Below are positions 10,944-22,916 of a DNA stretch of 34,595 nucleotides, piece by piece. Origin of the DNA: Nemertoderma westbladi (lineage: Eukaryota; Animalia; Xenacoelomorpha); NCBI GenBank assembly GCA_032718475.1, contig JAUCBJ010006709.1, positions 1 through 34,595 of the forward strand. Direction: 5' to 3'. The notes under the pieces were generated by a model. The model saw only the letters and a list, made by a program, of their open reading frames with translations, had not been told where the DNA came from and ran no database searches. Made by a program: the position numbers and the translations under genes. The stretch's first letter is position 1, and every line of letters starts with the position of its first letter.

Positions 10944-11541
10944 ATGAGTTATAAAGATTATTATCAAAGGAGTTTGTAGAAAACATTACAGAGAACACTT
11001 TATAAGGCTATTCGCGGTGGTGTTAAAAATAAACAGAGTTGGACGATGAAGGGTCTCAGCCCAGAAATTGTTACACCCCCTTCCATAATGAGGCGTCGAT
11101 TACAATTATTAGAATGGAAACGAAAGGCTACCTTATTTTGAGGGGGGACATAGACGTCGACACATGAACAGTCGCACAGTTTTTGTGAGACACGGTCAAC
11201 GAGGTAAAGGTATCCTTGGAAATATTATTCGGATTGCAACTAAAGTAGTGCCCAAAGTTATTAAACCCGTCGCACGAGCAGCAATTCGCAAAAGTGCTCC
11301 TTTTGTAAAAAAGACAGGGAGAAAAATTGTCAGACGAGTTATTCGTTGGGGAATTCCACAACTTAAAAAGATTGGAAAGAAATTAGCAGAACAGGCCCTC
11401 GCCAGCTCAAAACCTTCCACTAAACGAGTAGCTCATAAAATTATTGAAGAAGTTTTAAATGCTGCTGATGGTAGGTCAATAAACGAAACACGCAAAAAAC
11501 GCAAATCAAAAAAGCATCACTGTCCAGATATTTTTGGTTAA
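10944..11541 (+). pseudogene. Basic core-like Polinton virion protein
   Basis: HGQRGKGILGNIIR motif, K/R-rich body, C-terminal DIFG directly upstream of the major capsid gene; upstream remnant MSYKDYYQ from 10944. Confidence 0.65.
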
Positions 11542-11555
11542 ACTAAATAATAATA

Positions 11556-12688
11556 ATGGAAGAAACCACAGAAGAACTAGATTTATTCAATCGCAGTAAT
11601 ATTCAGAGTGTAATTGAAGAAAGTTTTGAGCAGGAAATATACCCTGTGACTACATTGGGAGAGGGCACATCAGTTCTAGATTTCATGATTGAAAAGTCAG
11701 AAGATTACTATACGATAGGAAGTGAAACAACACTACAATTAGTATATTGTATTGTAACTACAGCACGACCTGACAATGGCGCAGTTTATCAAACACCACT
11801 AAGCCTCTCTACTCTATTTTCAAACATTAGCGTTTTGATTAATGAGCGGGAGGTAGAGTCTAATACTGCGAACTATCCCTATAAAGCTTTCCTAAAAGCG
11901 GTCTTACTTAATGATCAGAGTACAAAAGAAACGATTTAGCTGCCGAAGGGTTTGCAGAACAGGAAGCATTTGGTGTTCCTGTAGACTTTGCTGCAGCTGC
12001 TCATTTGGAAAGTAGACCATATCATGTTCAGGGGTCTCTATTTGTTGACCTTTTTGATCAGGTTAAATTTATCCCACCTAAAACTAGTATAAGAATTAGA
12101 TTAATAAGAGCTACAAATGCATTTAACTTAGTATGTATTGCAGCTGTACAAGAGCCTCGAATCAATATATCTAATGCTTTGTTGAAAATTAAACGAGTAA
12201 AATTGGATCCATATATACGTCAACAACATATAGAACAATTAACAATAGGAGATTATATTTATCCAATTACACAGAATGAGGTGACAACCTTTACTATAGA
12301 AAATGGTCAACAATCTCATGTGAGGGAAAATTTGTTTACAAGCAAGAATGTACCTCGCTATGTTAATATTGTCATGGTTCGAAATGACTCTTACAATGGA
12401 AACTTAAGATCTTGTTCCTGATTGTTTGATCACTTTAATGTGAATTACTTACAACTTACGCTTGATGGTAAGGTAATCGGAGGTGTGACATATAAACCAA
12501 ATTTTGCTAATGGACAATATATTAATGAGTATTGCGCCAGTCAAAAAAACCTGCTATCTATAACCAGAGGTACAAACAACGGTATTACTCCCACTAGATT
12601 TCGTGATTTATATCCAATATTTTCTTGGAATTTATCCCCCACGGGATTTATTGATGAAGAAGAACTAAACCCACATCAAATAGGCAAT
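11556..12688 (+). pseudogene. Major capsid protein (double jelly-roll), disrupted and 3'-interrupted
   Basis: EELDLF..IQSVI...EIYP, SLSTLFSNISVLIN, YPYKAFL, DLFDQVKFIP..IRIRLIR, YNGN, FDHFNVNYLQL; frameshift near 11935, in-frame TGA 12419-12421; similarity stops at about 12688. Confidence 0.88.
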
Positions 12689-13597
12689 AGTAGTAGGAGA
12701 AGCATAGATCTCACCCAACTCCTCCCTAGCTTGGGCTACGGGCTGCATCTCGGAGGGCTATTAAAAAGGTGCTAAATCGCGATGTTTAATGACCATCTGT
12801 CACCATCAATATTGATGCCTTCAACCAATCGTTGCTTATCACCTACGCGTAGCCTAACCTCGCGATGCCTGCCTTACTCGACAACTGTTACCACCCGTGA
12901 GTATTGATTCGCGTTGTTGCATCAACCAACCATCGCATATTCATCTTCGCGTAACCTAACTTCACGATGCATGGCTAGCCCCCACTACGCTATTATATTA
13001 TATATCGATTGCCAACTCACCACCACCACCGCTAGCCACGCATGGCTACTCCTCGACGGCTGTCGCCAAACCAATCAATCCAACCAACCAAGCCGCCTGC
13101 CTACCAGTAGTCCAACGCTATTATGATACGTGTTGAAATTCCGCCACGTTCCAGCTACACGTATACGAATATTTCCATAGTTATTTCCTATCCACGCAAC
13201 CAACCACTGTATACTGTATATGCTGACAACGTGGCCACCAACTACACACATCATGCATATATTATATTATATTGATTGCCAACTCCACGACCGCTGTCGC
13301 CAAATCAACAAACCAACCAGTATGATACATGAGATTCCGTCACGTTCCAGCTACGCGTATACGAGTATTAGTGATTAATATTACGCAATAATTTTTTTGT
13401 TTATACAGTAGTTCCCTACCAGCTAATCAACCAATCAATAAACCGAATTTAGGCTATTTCTCAGTTTAAGACCTGTATTATTTTTGAAAATATCTTATAT
13501 ATAATCTCTTGCTTTAATCGCAATTAATCATTTGTAATGGTTTTAGTTTAAAAGTTTTTACTTTGTTTGTTTGATTTACAATAAAATAAATTAAATA

Positions 13598-14041
13598 ATG
13601 TCTTCTGATTCCAATATGGTTATGCCAATAGTAAGGCATTCATTTTTTGCAGAAGATGGTCAAGCCTATATTGTTATTGATTATACAATTTACCGTCAGG
13701 AAGATGATAAATATAAAATTGAATTTTCTGAAAAAGCCAGGAAAGTTTTAAGCTCAATTGATATTGATGCTTCTGATAATAGTATTCATCTTTTAGATTA
13801 CAACCTGAAAGCTGAGCATGGGGGAAAATTAACCAACATCTTACTATTATCCATGATAGAGAGATTTATTGTTATTACACAATACAACGAAGCTGGTGAA
13901 AAGTTTGAAATACGGCTAAATCGGCATAGCCCCTACGAAATTATGTCTTTCTTTATTGTAATGATTTCAAAAGAATCCTTTGTCGAACCTGAAGAATCAG
14001 TGGATAATGTTGAATATGTTGATAATATCATTGATTCTTGA
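13598..14041 (+). CDS. Hypothetical protein (147 aa), probable Polinton accessory gene
   Basis: Clean ATG in A-rich context, intronless, flanked by AT-rich spacers; no motif recognised. Confidence 0.6.
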   Translation: MSSDSNMVMPIVRHSFFAEDGQAYIVIDYTIYRQEDDKYKIEFSEKARKVLSSIDIDASDNSIHLLDYNLKAEHGGKLTNILLLSMIERFIVITQYNEAGEKFEIRLNRHSPYEIMSFFIVMISKESFVEPEESVDNVEYVDNIIDS

Positions 14042-14139
14042 CTTTTCCCTCTATATTATAAATATTTTATGATTATATATAAAATTTTGTTGTTTTTAAA
14101 TAATCGAAAATTGTAGTAGTATTTGTATATACAGTATAA

Positions 14140-14645
14140 CACGAAGTGGGGACTTCGCGCAGCACGAAGTTGGCAGAGCCTTAGCGAATTGACACTGTTA
14201 GGGGGTAGGTCAATTTATGCAAATAGTCACGTTGGCCCTCTAGCGGCAGACTGGAGAACTGCAGATGGATTCGCCTCCCTTGAAAGTCACAGCTAATGGT
14301 CTAATACATATCTGCCAAGTTTCAGCTTAAACGGATTAAAAGCAAAGAAATGGGAGGGCATTTAATGTTTAGACATGTGGCCCTCTAGCGGGAGACCATT
14401 GCACTGATGGTGTCTGAAAGTCTCTCAAAAATCTCAACTTTTGCTCATATTGATACCTACAAATTTTCAACTTGGCAGCTTTAAATCCGACAAAGTTATT
14501 AGCATGTCAAAATCGTAACGACGACGACAACGACGACGACGACAACGACGACGACGACGACGACGACAACTATTTGCATAAATTGACCCACCCCCTAACA
14601 GTGTCAATTCGCTAAGGCTCCGCCAACTTCGTGGCTCGCCCCACA
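14140..14645. mobile_element. Non-autonomous element with 65-bp inverted repeats and internal (GAC)n microsatellite (MITE or Helentron-associated type)
   Basis: 14163-14227 is the near-perfect reverse complement of 14569-14633; (GAC/AAC)n at about 14518-14570; small hairpin cgaagt-ggg-acttcg at 14142-14156. Confidence 0.8.
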
Positions 14646-14710
14646 GTTTTGTTTGTTGTTGTTGTTGTGTATTGTGGTAATTATTTTCAATTTACTTTAA
14701 AATTTGGAAA

Positions 14711-15163
14711 ATGGATATTTTAAATGAAAAATGTCCAGTTTGCTATTCTAAGTTATTGCAACAACATCGAGATTATTATAAATGTGAAAATAAACATGTA
14801 ACTTGCGTACAATGTATTGCACAATATTCCGAAATGAATAATTATTGTTCTAAAATTTGTCCTATTTGTCGCGCACCCATATCTAAGTTTAATATAAAGT
14901 TGGCAAGATACCAACCCTATTATTGGAAAGAGCTTCGCAATATAACTTATATTTCTGCGAAAAGTAATGATCCGGGAGATTTATTTACAATATTGGTGAA
15001 TATTTTTTATAGAAACGTAGTACGACGCTGTTGCTACTATATTCCTTATTTTTTTAGCAGCGAACATAAAAAAATCATTAGCGCGAAATTTTCGGGAAGT
15101 GATTTCCAAACCGCCGATGTTACGTATCATTATTTCGCGTATAAAGATGCTCACCATGCTTGA
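14711..15163 (+). CDS. C3HC4 RING-finger protein (putative E3 ubiquitin ligase)
   Basis: CPVC-x13-CENKHVTCVQC-x15-CPICR spacing; intronless, ATG start. Confidence 0.8.
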   Translation: MDILNEKCPVCYSKLLQQHRDYYKCENKHVTCVQCIAQYSEMNNYCSKICPICRAPISKFNIKLARYQPYYWKELRNITYISAKSNDPGDLFTILVNIFYRNVVRRCCYYIPYFFSSEHKKIISAKFSGSDFQTADVTYHYFAYKDAHHA

Positions 15164-15382
15164 AATTACATCAGTCTATACTATAATTGGAAATAGCACC
15201 TTTTGCTGCAGCGAGCGTCACATACTGTAGTGGCGTCATATGTTAATTAAATATACAGTACTCTAATATTGTAGTTGCATCAATTATTGTTATATACATA
15301 GTAATGGTGTTGGTTTATTGATATTGATATTGATATTATATTATATTGTATTGTTGATATATCTTAATAATAATAATAATAA

Positions 15383-15730
15383 ATGGCTGACTTTAATTCA
15401 GGTCCATATAATTTAAACTTTCAAATGGGCACAAGTATGATAATTTCAGGGCCATCTGGTTCCGGAAAGTCAACCTTTGTAAGCAATTTAATTAAACACA
15501 AGAATGGTTGTTTCAACGAAGCCCCCTTGCGAGTATTGTATTGTTACGGGAGCAATCCCCCGACTATTCCCGGTATTACTCACCTTTACAAAGGCTTGCC
15601 TGAAAATATAGATAGTTTAGTGAATAGTCGAGATTTATTAATTATAGATGATTTGTTAACAGAAACTGAGTCCAGTACAGCTTTAACTGTATTGTTTACT
15701 AAGGTAGCTCATCATATTCCATCATCATCA
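15383..15730 (+). pseudogene. Packaging ATPase, N-terminal half (copy B)
   Basis: Walker A GPSGSGKS, Walker B LLIIDDLL, LFTKVAHH; truncated. Confidence 0.88.
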
Positions 15731-15734
15731 TATT

Positions 15735-16428
15735 CCAGAAAGGAAAACCAAACAGAATCGCCACGGATCAAGGTTCTGAGTTTCTAAATAAATCTGTAAG
15801 GAAATATTTAGATACGTTAGGTATACAGTATTACGTAATGTATTCTGTGAATAAGGCGGCTATTGTCGAGAGATTTAACAGAACCTTAAAAACAAAGATG
15901 TTCAAAATTTTCACGCAAAGGGGAAATAATATTTGGATAAAAATTTTACCTAAGCTTATCTCGGCTTATAATAGGTCGTATCATAGAACAATACAAATGA
16001 CACCTATTGAAGTTAATAAATTTAATGAAACTGAATTAATGAATAGATTATATGGGAAATATAGACAGATAAATCACAAGAAAATAAAATTTAAAGTTGG
16101 AGATACAGTACGATTATCTATTGCTCGTACTGCTTTTGCTAAAGGCTATCGAGAACAATGGACACGTGAATTATTTATTATTCATCGGGTCAGGTTGGAT
16201 AGAGTACCAGCGGTAATGTTCGATATTAAGGACAGCACCGGAGCTATAATAAAGGGCTCATTTTATTCTCACGAACTCCAAAAGGTCCACCCGAATAGTA
16301 ATATTTATCTAGCAATTGACAAAAAAAATATTGGCAAACTTAAAGAACGTGTACGCAATGGGAAGAAAGAATATTTAGTCCGATTCATCGGATCCAAGAA
16401 ACAGTCCTGGGTACAGCATATTCAATAA
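15735..16428 (+). pseudogene. RVE integrase C-terminal two-thirds with chromo-like tail (copy B)
   Basis: RKPNRIATDQGSEF upstream of the ORF, KAAIVERFNRTLK, KFKVGDTVRL, KGYREQWTRELF, GSFYSHELQ, KEYLVRF..SWV; first catalytic Asp region missing. Confidence 0.9.
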
Positions 16429-17833
16429 GCTTAGGTTCGTACTTCTTCAGTAAATATCTAGAGAACTATCCAATGAAAATCCTTCAAATTTTCAAATTAG
16501 CTTCCTAATAAGTAATGGGAAATGTTTGCTTTTCAAAATTTAAAATTTTTCCAATATTTCAAAAATCATTTTTTTACATTCACTGTGCGGACGTTGATTT
16601 TGGTGACGTCATAGTTATGTGTGTTGTGCCTGAGTGTGTTTAGTGATGTCCACAAACCCCAACTGGGGTCAAGACACATACGGAAATTAATGTCCACATT
16701 CCACAACTCGTGTAACACATACAGTATATGGGAAAGGAAACTGAAATGCTTTGTTTTTATGCAACTTCATGGATATGATTATAGTAATTGGATTACTTGG
16801 CCAGGTCAGTCCATAGAGATAATGTTCTTTTATTGTTTTTATACACTCGTGAATAATTATTGTAAAAGTTAATATTTCCCTATTAGTTACCTAAGGACTA
16901 TTTGTGGTACAAGTTTCCTTAGTTTACTCAGTTACTATAACAATGGGTTTTCACTTAGTCGATAGCGATAGCGCTGAACAATCCCGCCTGTAAAGCAATG
17001 CATACAAGTTAGCATGTAGCAATTTGTTTTGAAAATACTTGCAGTCTCAAGAAATAAACCGTAATACTGCCATCACTGCTCAAAATATTCTTTTTTTCTG
17101 CGGGAAGACTAATTATTTTTAGGTTGTATATAAATACAAATAGAGTGGCGCACAGCAATTAATGATATAACTCTTATCATTCAATTAATTATATTAATTA
17201 TGAATTGTATGCCTTAAAATTATTTGGACCCTTCTACAGTACGTATTGTAAGAGCAATAGACGCTAAGAATATATAATAAATTAACGAGAACACACCGTT
17301 CTAAATACTGTCCCTTGCGCACATCTGGGGACATTAGTTTTTGTATTGTTTTTCTGCAGGCCATACGGTATGTAGTTGCAATGGACATTTAAGAAAATTT
17401 TTTATATATTGACGAAAACACACCGTTCTAAATACTGTCCCTTGCGCATATCTGGGGACATTAGTTTTATTAGTGCTGGGAGTATTATATTAGGTCCTAC
17501 GTTTAGTTGCAATGAATGTTAAGAATATTTAATATATTAGCAAAAACATACCATTGAAAATACTGTCCTTTACGCACATCTGGGGACATTGGTTTTTGTA
17601 TAGGTGAGATAGGCTCTACGTGAACCATGTCCTGGAATATAGTGTCGTCATTCAGGTCCCTCCCCCCCCCCCCCCCCCCAGGGTTTAGGGTTTTTTCTAA
17701 ATATGTTAGGGAAATTTATAAATGAAAATAGCGATTTCTAAATTTTTAATTATACTTGTTTAGAAATTGGTCACATAGAGACTAACCAATTCGCGCGGGA
17801 AGGTTTTAAACTTTACATGCATTTAACTCAGAA

Positions 17834-19561
17834 TATTATTTCTCATTTTTTCCTTCACTCAAAACCTATCTACACCGTCATTTTTTAATGAATTCGTTTG
17901 AAATTTTCAGTGAATGGTCTTGACATATTCACTCACATATTGGCCGTTAATCAGAAGACTAATGTTAAGGGCACGTGTTTGTCCATACATTTGACTATTA
18001 AGCTTATGTACCTCTTCTGAGGAATTGGTTCAACAGAATGACTTGAAATTTGGAGGGGAATTAATTTTGCATGTGTCTCAGACGTGGTAGCAGAATAAAT
18101 AAAAAACATTATTGTGATCACCAGAAATTTTCAAAGTGAAAAATGTTATTTGCAAAAAGTGAAAAAAAACACGTATTTTGGCCGTTTTTTGTTATGTAAC
18201 TTTTTAAATTTCTAACCCATTGTCTAAATGTGCTATCACCTATAAAGGATTAGTATAAGAACATATACTAAAAATTTCATGCAATTTGGTCCAGTAGTTC
18301 CAGAGAAACAGGTACATGAGTGAAAAATAAAAACGAAAAATAAAATTCTGAGATAAAGCCATTTAAAGTTTTCAAACCTTCCCGCCATTTTATGTTAAAT
18401 GGAGGGATAATTCAAATTGTATTGAAAAAATAAGGAAGAATCCTTCCAAACTAAAATTTTCGATATGGGGGTTTTCTGGGGTGGTGATTGCATTTCCGAT
18501 GTCAGTTTTGACGTTTGATGAATTCCAGTCTGTCTGTTTGTCGGACAATCTGTCTGTCTGTCAGTCAATAATTAAGGAAACACACTACCGAACTGAAATT
18601 TAGGTTATGGGGGTTTTCCAGGTCGGTGATTTCAGCACCGAAGTTAGTTTGGACGTTTGAAGAATTCCAGACTGTCTAAATGTCAGTCTGTCTGTTTATC
18701 AGACAATCTGTCCGTCTGTCAGTCGAAATTTAGGAAAGGACACGACATCGCTAAAAATTGATTTAAAGGGGTTTTCCTGGTCGGTGATTCCATTTCTGAT
18801 GTCAATATTTAAATATAATGGCTTTGTGTTGGGTCTGTATTCATGTCGGTCTGTCCGTCAAAATATAACAGACAGACAGACAACCTAATAGACCATCTAG
18901 AATCCTTTAACCGTTAAAACGGACATAAGAAATGGAATCATAGACCGGGAAAACATCTACAACAATATTTTCAGTTGTGTATTTCATTCATTACTTTTTG
19001 ACTGACAGACAGGCCAACAAACAGAACAGACAGCGACAGATAGACAGACAAGCAGGCAGGCAGAATGACAGACAATCTAGAATACATAAACGTTGAGACT
19101 GACATTATAAATGTGAAACTAAACAGGAAAATTCCTACAGTATGGCAAAATTGTACATTGCACGTGTTTCTTAAATTTTGTCAGACTGACCGACTGACAG
19201 ACAAACAGACAGCTATAACTCGAGAACTAAAAGAGATCTCGCTATGTCGTTTTTCAGTTTTGAAATAGCCATTAAATTTTGATACAGAATCCTTAAAAAA
19301 ATTTTTTGATTTTTTTAAATTTTGACCACAAACACGTGCCCTTAACTAAAAAAATGAAAAAATGTTAACTAAATGTGTTTTATTTTTGCCCGATATTTTC
19401 AGATTATCGGCTCAAAACATAACTTACGCTCGAAATTTCAAAATTCTGTCTACAAGTTTTATTGGTTAATGTCAAGACCATTCACTGAAAATTTCAAACG
19501 AATTGATTAATATATGACGGAGTAGATCGATTTTGAATGAAGGAAAAAATGAGAAATAATA
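17834..19561. mobile_element. MITE-like element with ~100-bp inverted repeats (host of the TTAA element)
   Basis: tattatttctcattttttccttca...ttttcagtgaatggtcttgacat (17834-17925) mirrored at about 19470-19561; right side abuts the RTE fragment, so true termini are uncertain. Confidence 0.7.
17969..19341. mobile_element. Non-autonomous DNA transposon with 14-bp TIRs and TTAA target duplication (Kolobok-like)
   Basis: TTAA-GGGCACGTGTTTGT ... ACAAACACGTGCCC-TTAA; purine termini favour Kolobok over piggyBac; internal gtct/agac mirrored repeats. Confidence 0.82.
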
Positions 19562-20330
19562 CCATCGCCCTGATGCTCTCTAGTACGCTAACAGATGCAC
19601 AGTTTCTACTAAATAAAGTGGAGAGGGCTGCTAAGGAGGTTGGATTGCATATAAATGCTAGCAAAGACCGAACTCATGACCTTTAATGTTGATGGAACTG
19701 ACTTGACAACCATTGATAATAATCAACTAAGGAACGTTGACGACTTCCAGTACCTTGGATCATGGATAGAGAGTAGCAAAAAGGACATAGAAGTTAGGAA
19801 AGCAAAGGCTTGGGTAGCTCTATCAATAATGGATACCATCTGGAAATCAGATCTCTCCAGGCACCTGAAGATTCTAAGTTCTTTCGAGCCACAGTGGAAA
19901 GTGTATTTTTATACGGGGGTGAGACCTGGACACTGACGAAATCACTTGAACTACGAATTGATGGTTGCTACACAAGACTACTAAGGGCAGCCCTAAACAT
20001 CAGCTGGAGACAGCACATGGCAAACGCCGAGCTTTATGGTACAATACCACCTGTATCAACCACCCTCCGTGAATGCAGATTAAGATTCAGTGGGCACTGC
20101 TGGCGAAGTAAAGACGAGGTCTTACCAGATCTACTTTTCTGGCAACCAACTCATGGAAAGCGTAGTCGTGGACGACCGGCCTTAACATATATACTGTAGA
20201 TCAACTTGAAAGGGATACTGAACTTGGGAGAAACGAAATTGCGACAACTATGGAGAATCGGGAATCCTTGAAGGATCTCATTTCCACTATCCGAGTTCGC
20301 TCGACCTAGTAGTAGTAGTAGTTGTAGTAA
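19562..20330 (+). mobile_element. RTE-clade LINE 3' fragment
   Basis: KVERAAKEVGLHINASK, VDDFQYLGSWI, ESVFLYGGETWTL, LRFSGHCWR, GKRSRGRP; frameshifts; (AGT)n tail at 20308-20329. Confidence 0.9.
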
Positions 20331-21547
20331 CATTCATTGAAACTATACGTAGGGCCTATTATAATACTCCCAGCACTACAAAAACTAATGTCCCCAGATG
20401 TGCGCAAGGGACAGTATTTAGAATGGTGCGTTTTCGTCAATATAAAAAACATTTCTTAATGGCCATTGCAACTACATACCGTATGGTCTGCAGAAAAACA
20501 ATACAAAAACTAATGTCCCCAGATGTGCGCAAGGGACAGTATTTGGAATGGTGTGTTCTCGTTAATTTATTATATATTCTTAACGTCCATTGCAACTAAC
20601 TACCTACATAAGTAGAACGTAGGGCATAATATAATACTCTCAGAACTAAAAAACTAATGTCCCCAGATGTGCGCAAGGTACAGTACACTATTTAGAATGC
20701 GAGTTAATTTATTATAATGTCTATTTCCACTACAGTACGTAGAAATGGTCTAAAAAATTAAAGGTATAAAATTAATGATATAATTAATATAATTGAATGA
20801 TGTGAATGTAATTTGAAGGATAACAGTTACATCATATATCGTTGTGCTCCACCTTGTTTGTTTAAACATGAATTTAATTAGTGCCCACGCAGAAAAAAAG
20901 TAGCAGTGGCCGTATTACGATATTTGTCCATATCTTTTTTAAAAAATTTATACATGCTTGTATGCATAGTGCATGCGGGATTGTTAAGCACTATCGACTA
21001 AGTGAAAATCCATTCTTATAGTAACTGAGGAAAGTTGCACCGCAAGGGGTGCTTAGGTAACTCATAAGGAAATATTAACTTTTACAATTATTCACGAGTG
21101 TATAAAAACAATAAAAAAACGTTATCTAGGGATTGCCTGAGCTGCATTGTCTCAAAGACAGACCCGACTAACTAATCCATAAATAATTGAACATAACACA
21201 TAACATACTTAATTTCAACCACAAACCGGGGTCGTTAAAAATTAAGTTCACTGGGGACATTGTGACGTCACAAAATGACGTAGATAATGTGTGTATACTT
21301 ATCACTGTTATAGTGGGGACATCAATATTTACACCCCATACACACCGAACACATACGAGTGCGGCTTAACACAAACAAAGTGGGGACTGAGCCAAAATAC
21401 GGTGAAATTTCATATTTAGACTAATTTGGCAATGAAGATTTCGAATTTCCAGTCAGAACGTTCTGGGGACGTCCCCAGTTCGCGAAAGGTCCCCAGAACG
21501 TGGGTATTGTATGGCACTTACGTCCACAGTATGTAGCGTTAACCAGT

Positions 21548-21548
<1 letters not shown>

Positions 21549-21590
<42 letters not shown>
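21549..21590. repeat. (CA)21 microsatellite, left flank of the tyrosine recombinase element
   Basis: Perfect CA dinucleotide run. Confidence 0.97.
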
Positions 21591-21593
<3 letters not shown>

Positions 21594-22916
21594 GTACTAA
21601 ACGTGTAAATTGCGGACAACCGCCTGAGATAGCCAAACTGGGGACATGCTCATATTTCAACAAAAATCACTTTTTTCGAAAGTTAATGTCATTTTTCATT
21701 TAATTTTATTACTCTTAACTTCCTCCAATAGTATCGATTTGTAGATTTCGTTTTTATTCGATCTCGCCCCAGTAATGCAAAACGGGGACACATCTCTGAC
21801 GTCACACAGCGTTTCACTGTCAACCACTTTTCTCCAACCAAATGGGGACATATTATTGGCACTCCGGTCTCCATCAAAATATTATGTTCCATTTTTATAC
21901 AACAAGTGTTTATACTTTCGGATTGCACCTCCCACCTACTACTCGGGGAATGAATCGCTAACTTTTCTAAATAAACCAAATTTGAATTTGTGTGGCTATA
22001 AAAGGGCCTGTTGGTCCATTGATACCAATGAATTTCATAGTTTATACGAATCAGGGGATTGTGACCATCATATATTGGATATATTCAATATTTTTGTATC
22101 AGGCCTTCCGGCAGCCAAACACTGATTTTTAGGTGTACCCCGTTATCGCGCTTTAAGTATTTTTTTGACGGATTCGGATTATCTATCTAACCTAACTATT
22201 AATCTTGAATTAAGTTAGAAATAAATTAGACTCCTTTCCTAGGAAACTACAAATAATACAATAGGCCTATGTGTGAATACTGAATACTTTAATTAATATA
22301 TCAATATAAAACCGCTGTTCCCCAAATGGCAATTGATAAACACAGGTATTTTAATACCTTTAAAACTTAATTTTTGTTGCTTAGAATTATGTAGGTGGGC
22401 CTGTTATCCATCGTATAAGGGGTCATTGCAAGCACATTGTTTCAACGTCATCTATTGCAGGAGTAGCGCATTGTATTTAGGCATATGTACTGTACAGCAT
22501 TGTATCCACTGTGTAGGCCTACAGTACGAGTCCACGATACCCAACTTACCCATCCCAAACTGGGGACTTTTAATTGGCCTTTTCCAGGTGCATGAGACAA
22601 TGTTCCCATGGAAACACAATCTGTGTGTTAAGCTTTGTTAGGTTTTTAACGTAGAAGTGGGGACAGCAGGGGAAATGGGATGGCAGCATATCCGTGCGAT
22701 TTCTTGGAAAATGAGAATATTAGTTTTGTGCATTTGTAAGTTCGTTATTAATCATATAATAGGGGACAGACACGTCTGTGCCTTATTATTGCCGGTAAGA
22801 GAGAGCTTGTGTTCTCCGCGAGTTTTAATTAAATATTTTCAGTGAAATATTTGTTTTACCAATTTGTTTCTATTGACTGTATTTCATCGCTGAACCTGTT
22901 CTAATCATCGAAAACA

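Larger units (their letters stand above)
3402..12688 (+). mobile_element. Degraded Polinton/Maverick (adintovirus-like endogenous virus), copy A; both ends missing
   Basis: Co-oriented pPolB, packaging ATPase, RVE integrase+chromodomain, minor capsid genes, core-like protein and major capsid gene, all with stops or frameshifts. Confidence 0.92.
12689..16510 (+). mobile_element. Second, internally deleted Polinton (copy B) probably inserted into the capsid gene of copy A
   Basis: Begins AGTAGTAGGAGAAG exactly where capsid similarity ends; non-coding internally repetitive 0.8 kb follows; then a second, divergent ATPase and integrase. Right end not found. Confidence 0.6.
16820..21122. repeat. 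Large inverted repeat (arms about 16820-17620 and 20335-21122) with internal ~125-bp subrepeats
   Basis: ttattgtttttatacactcgtgaataat (16830) vs attattcacgagtgtataaaaacaataa (21087); three copies of aaatactgtcccttgcgcacatctggggacatt per arm in opposite orientation. Confidence 0.9.

Noticed and set aside
12700-13470. Solo LTR interpretation
   Set aside because: Has an AATAAA near 13437, but no TG...CA ends or TSD were found, and the AGTAGT start plus downstream Polinton genes fit a TIR better; not fully excluded.
21421-21703. ORFs with CVCV/THTH runs (also 30329-30685)
   Set aside because: Translations of (CA)n microsatellites.
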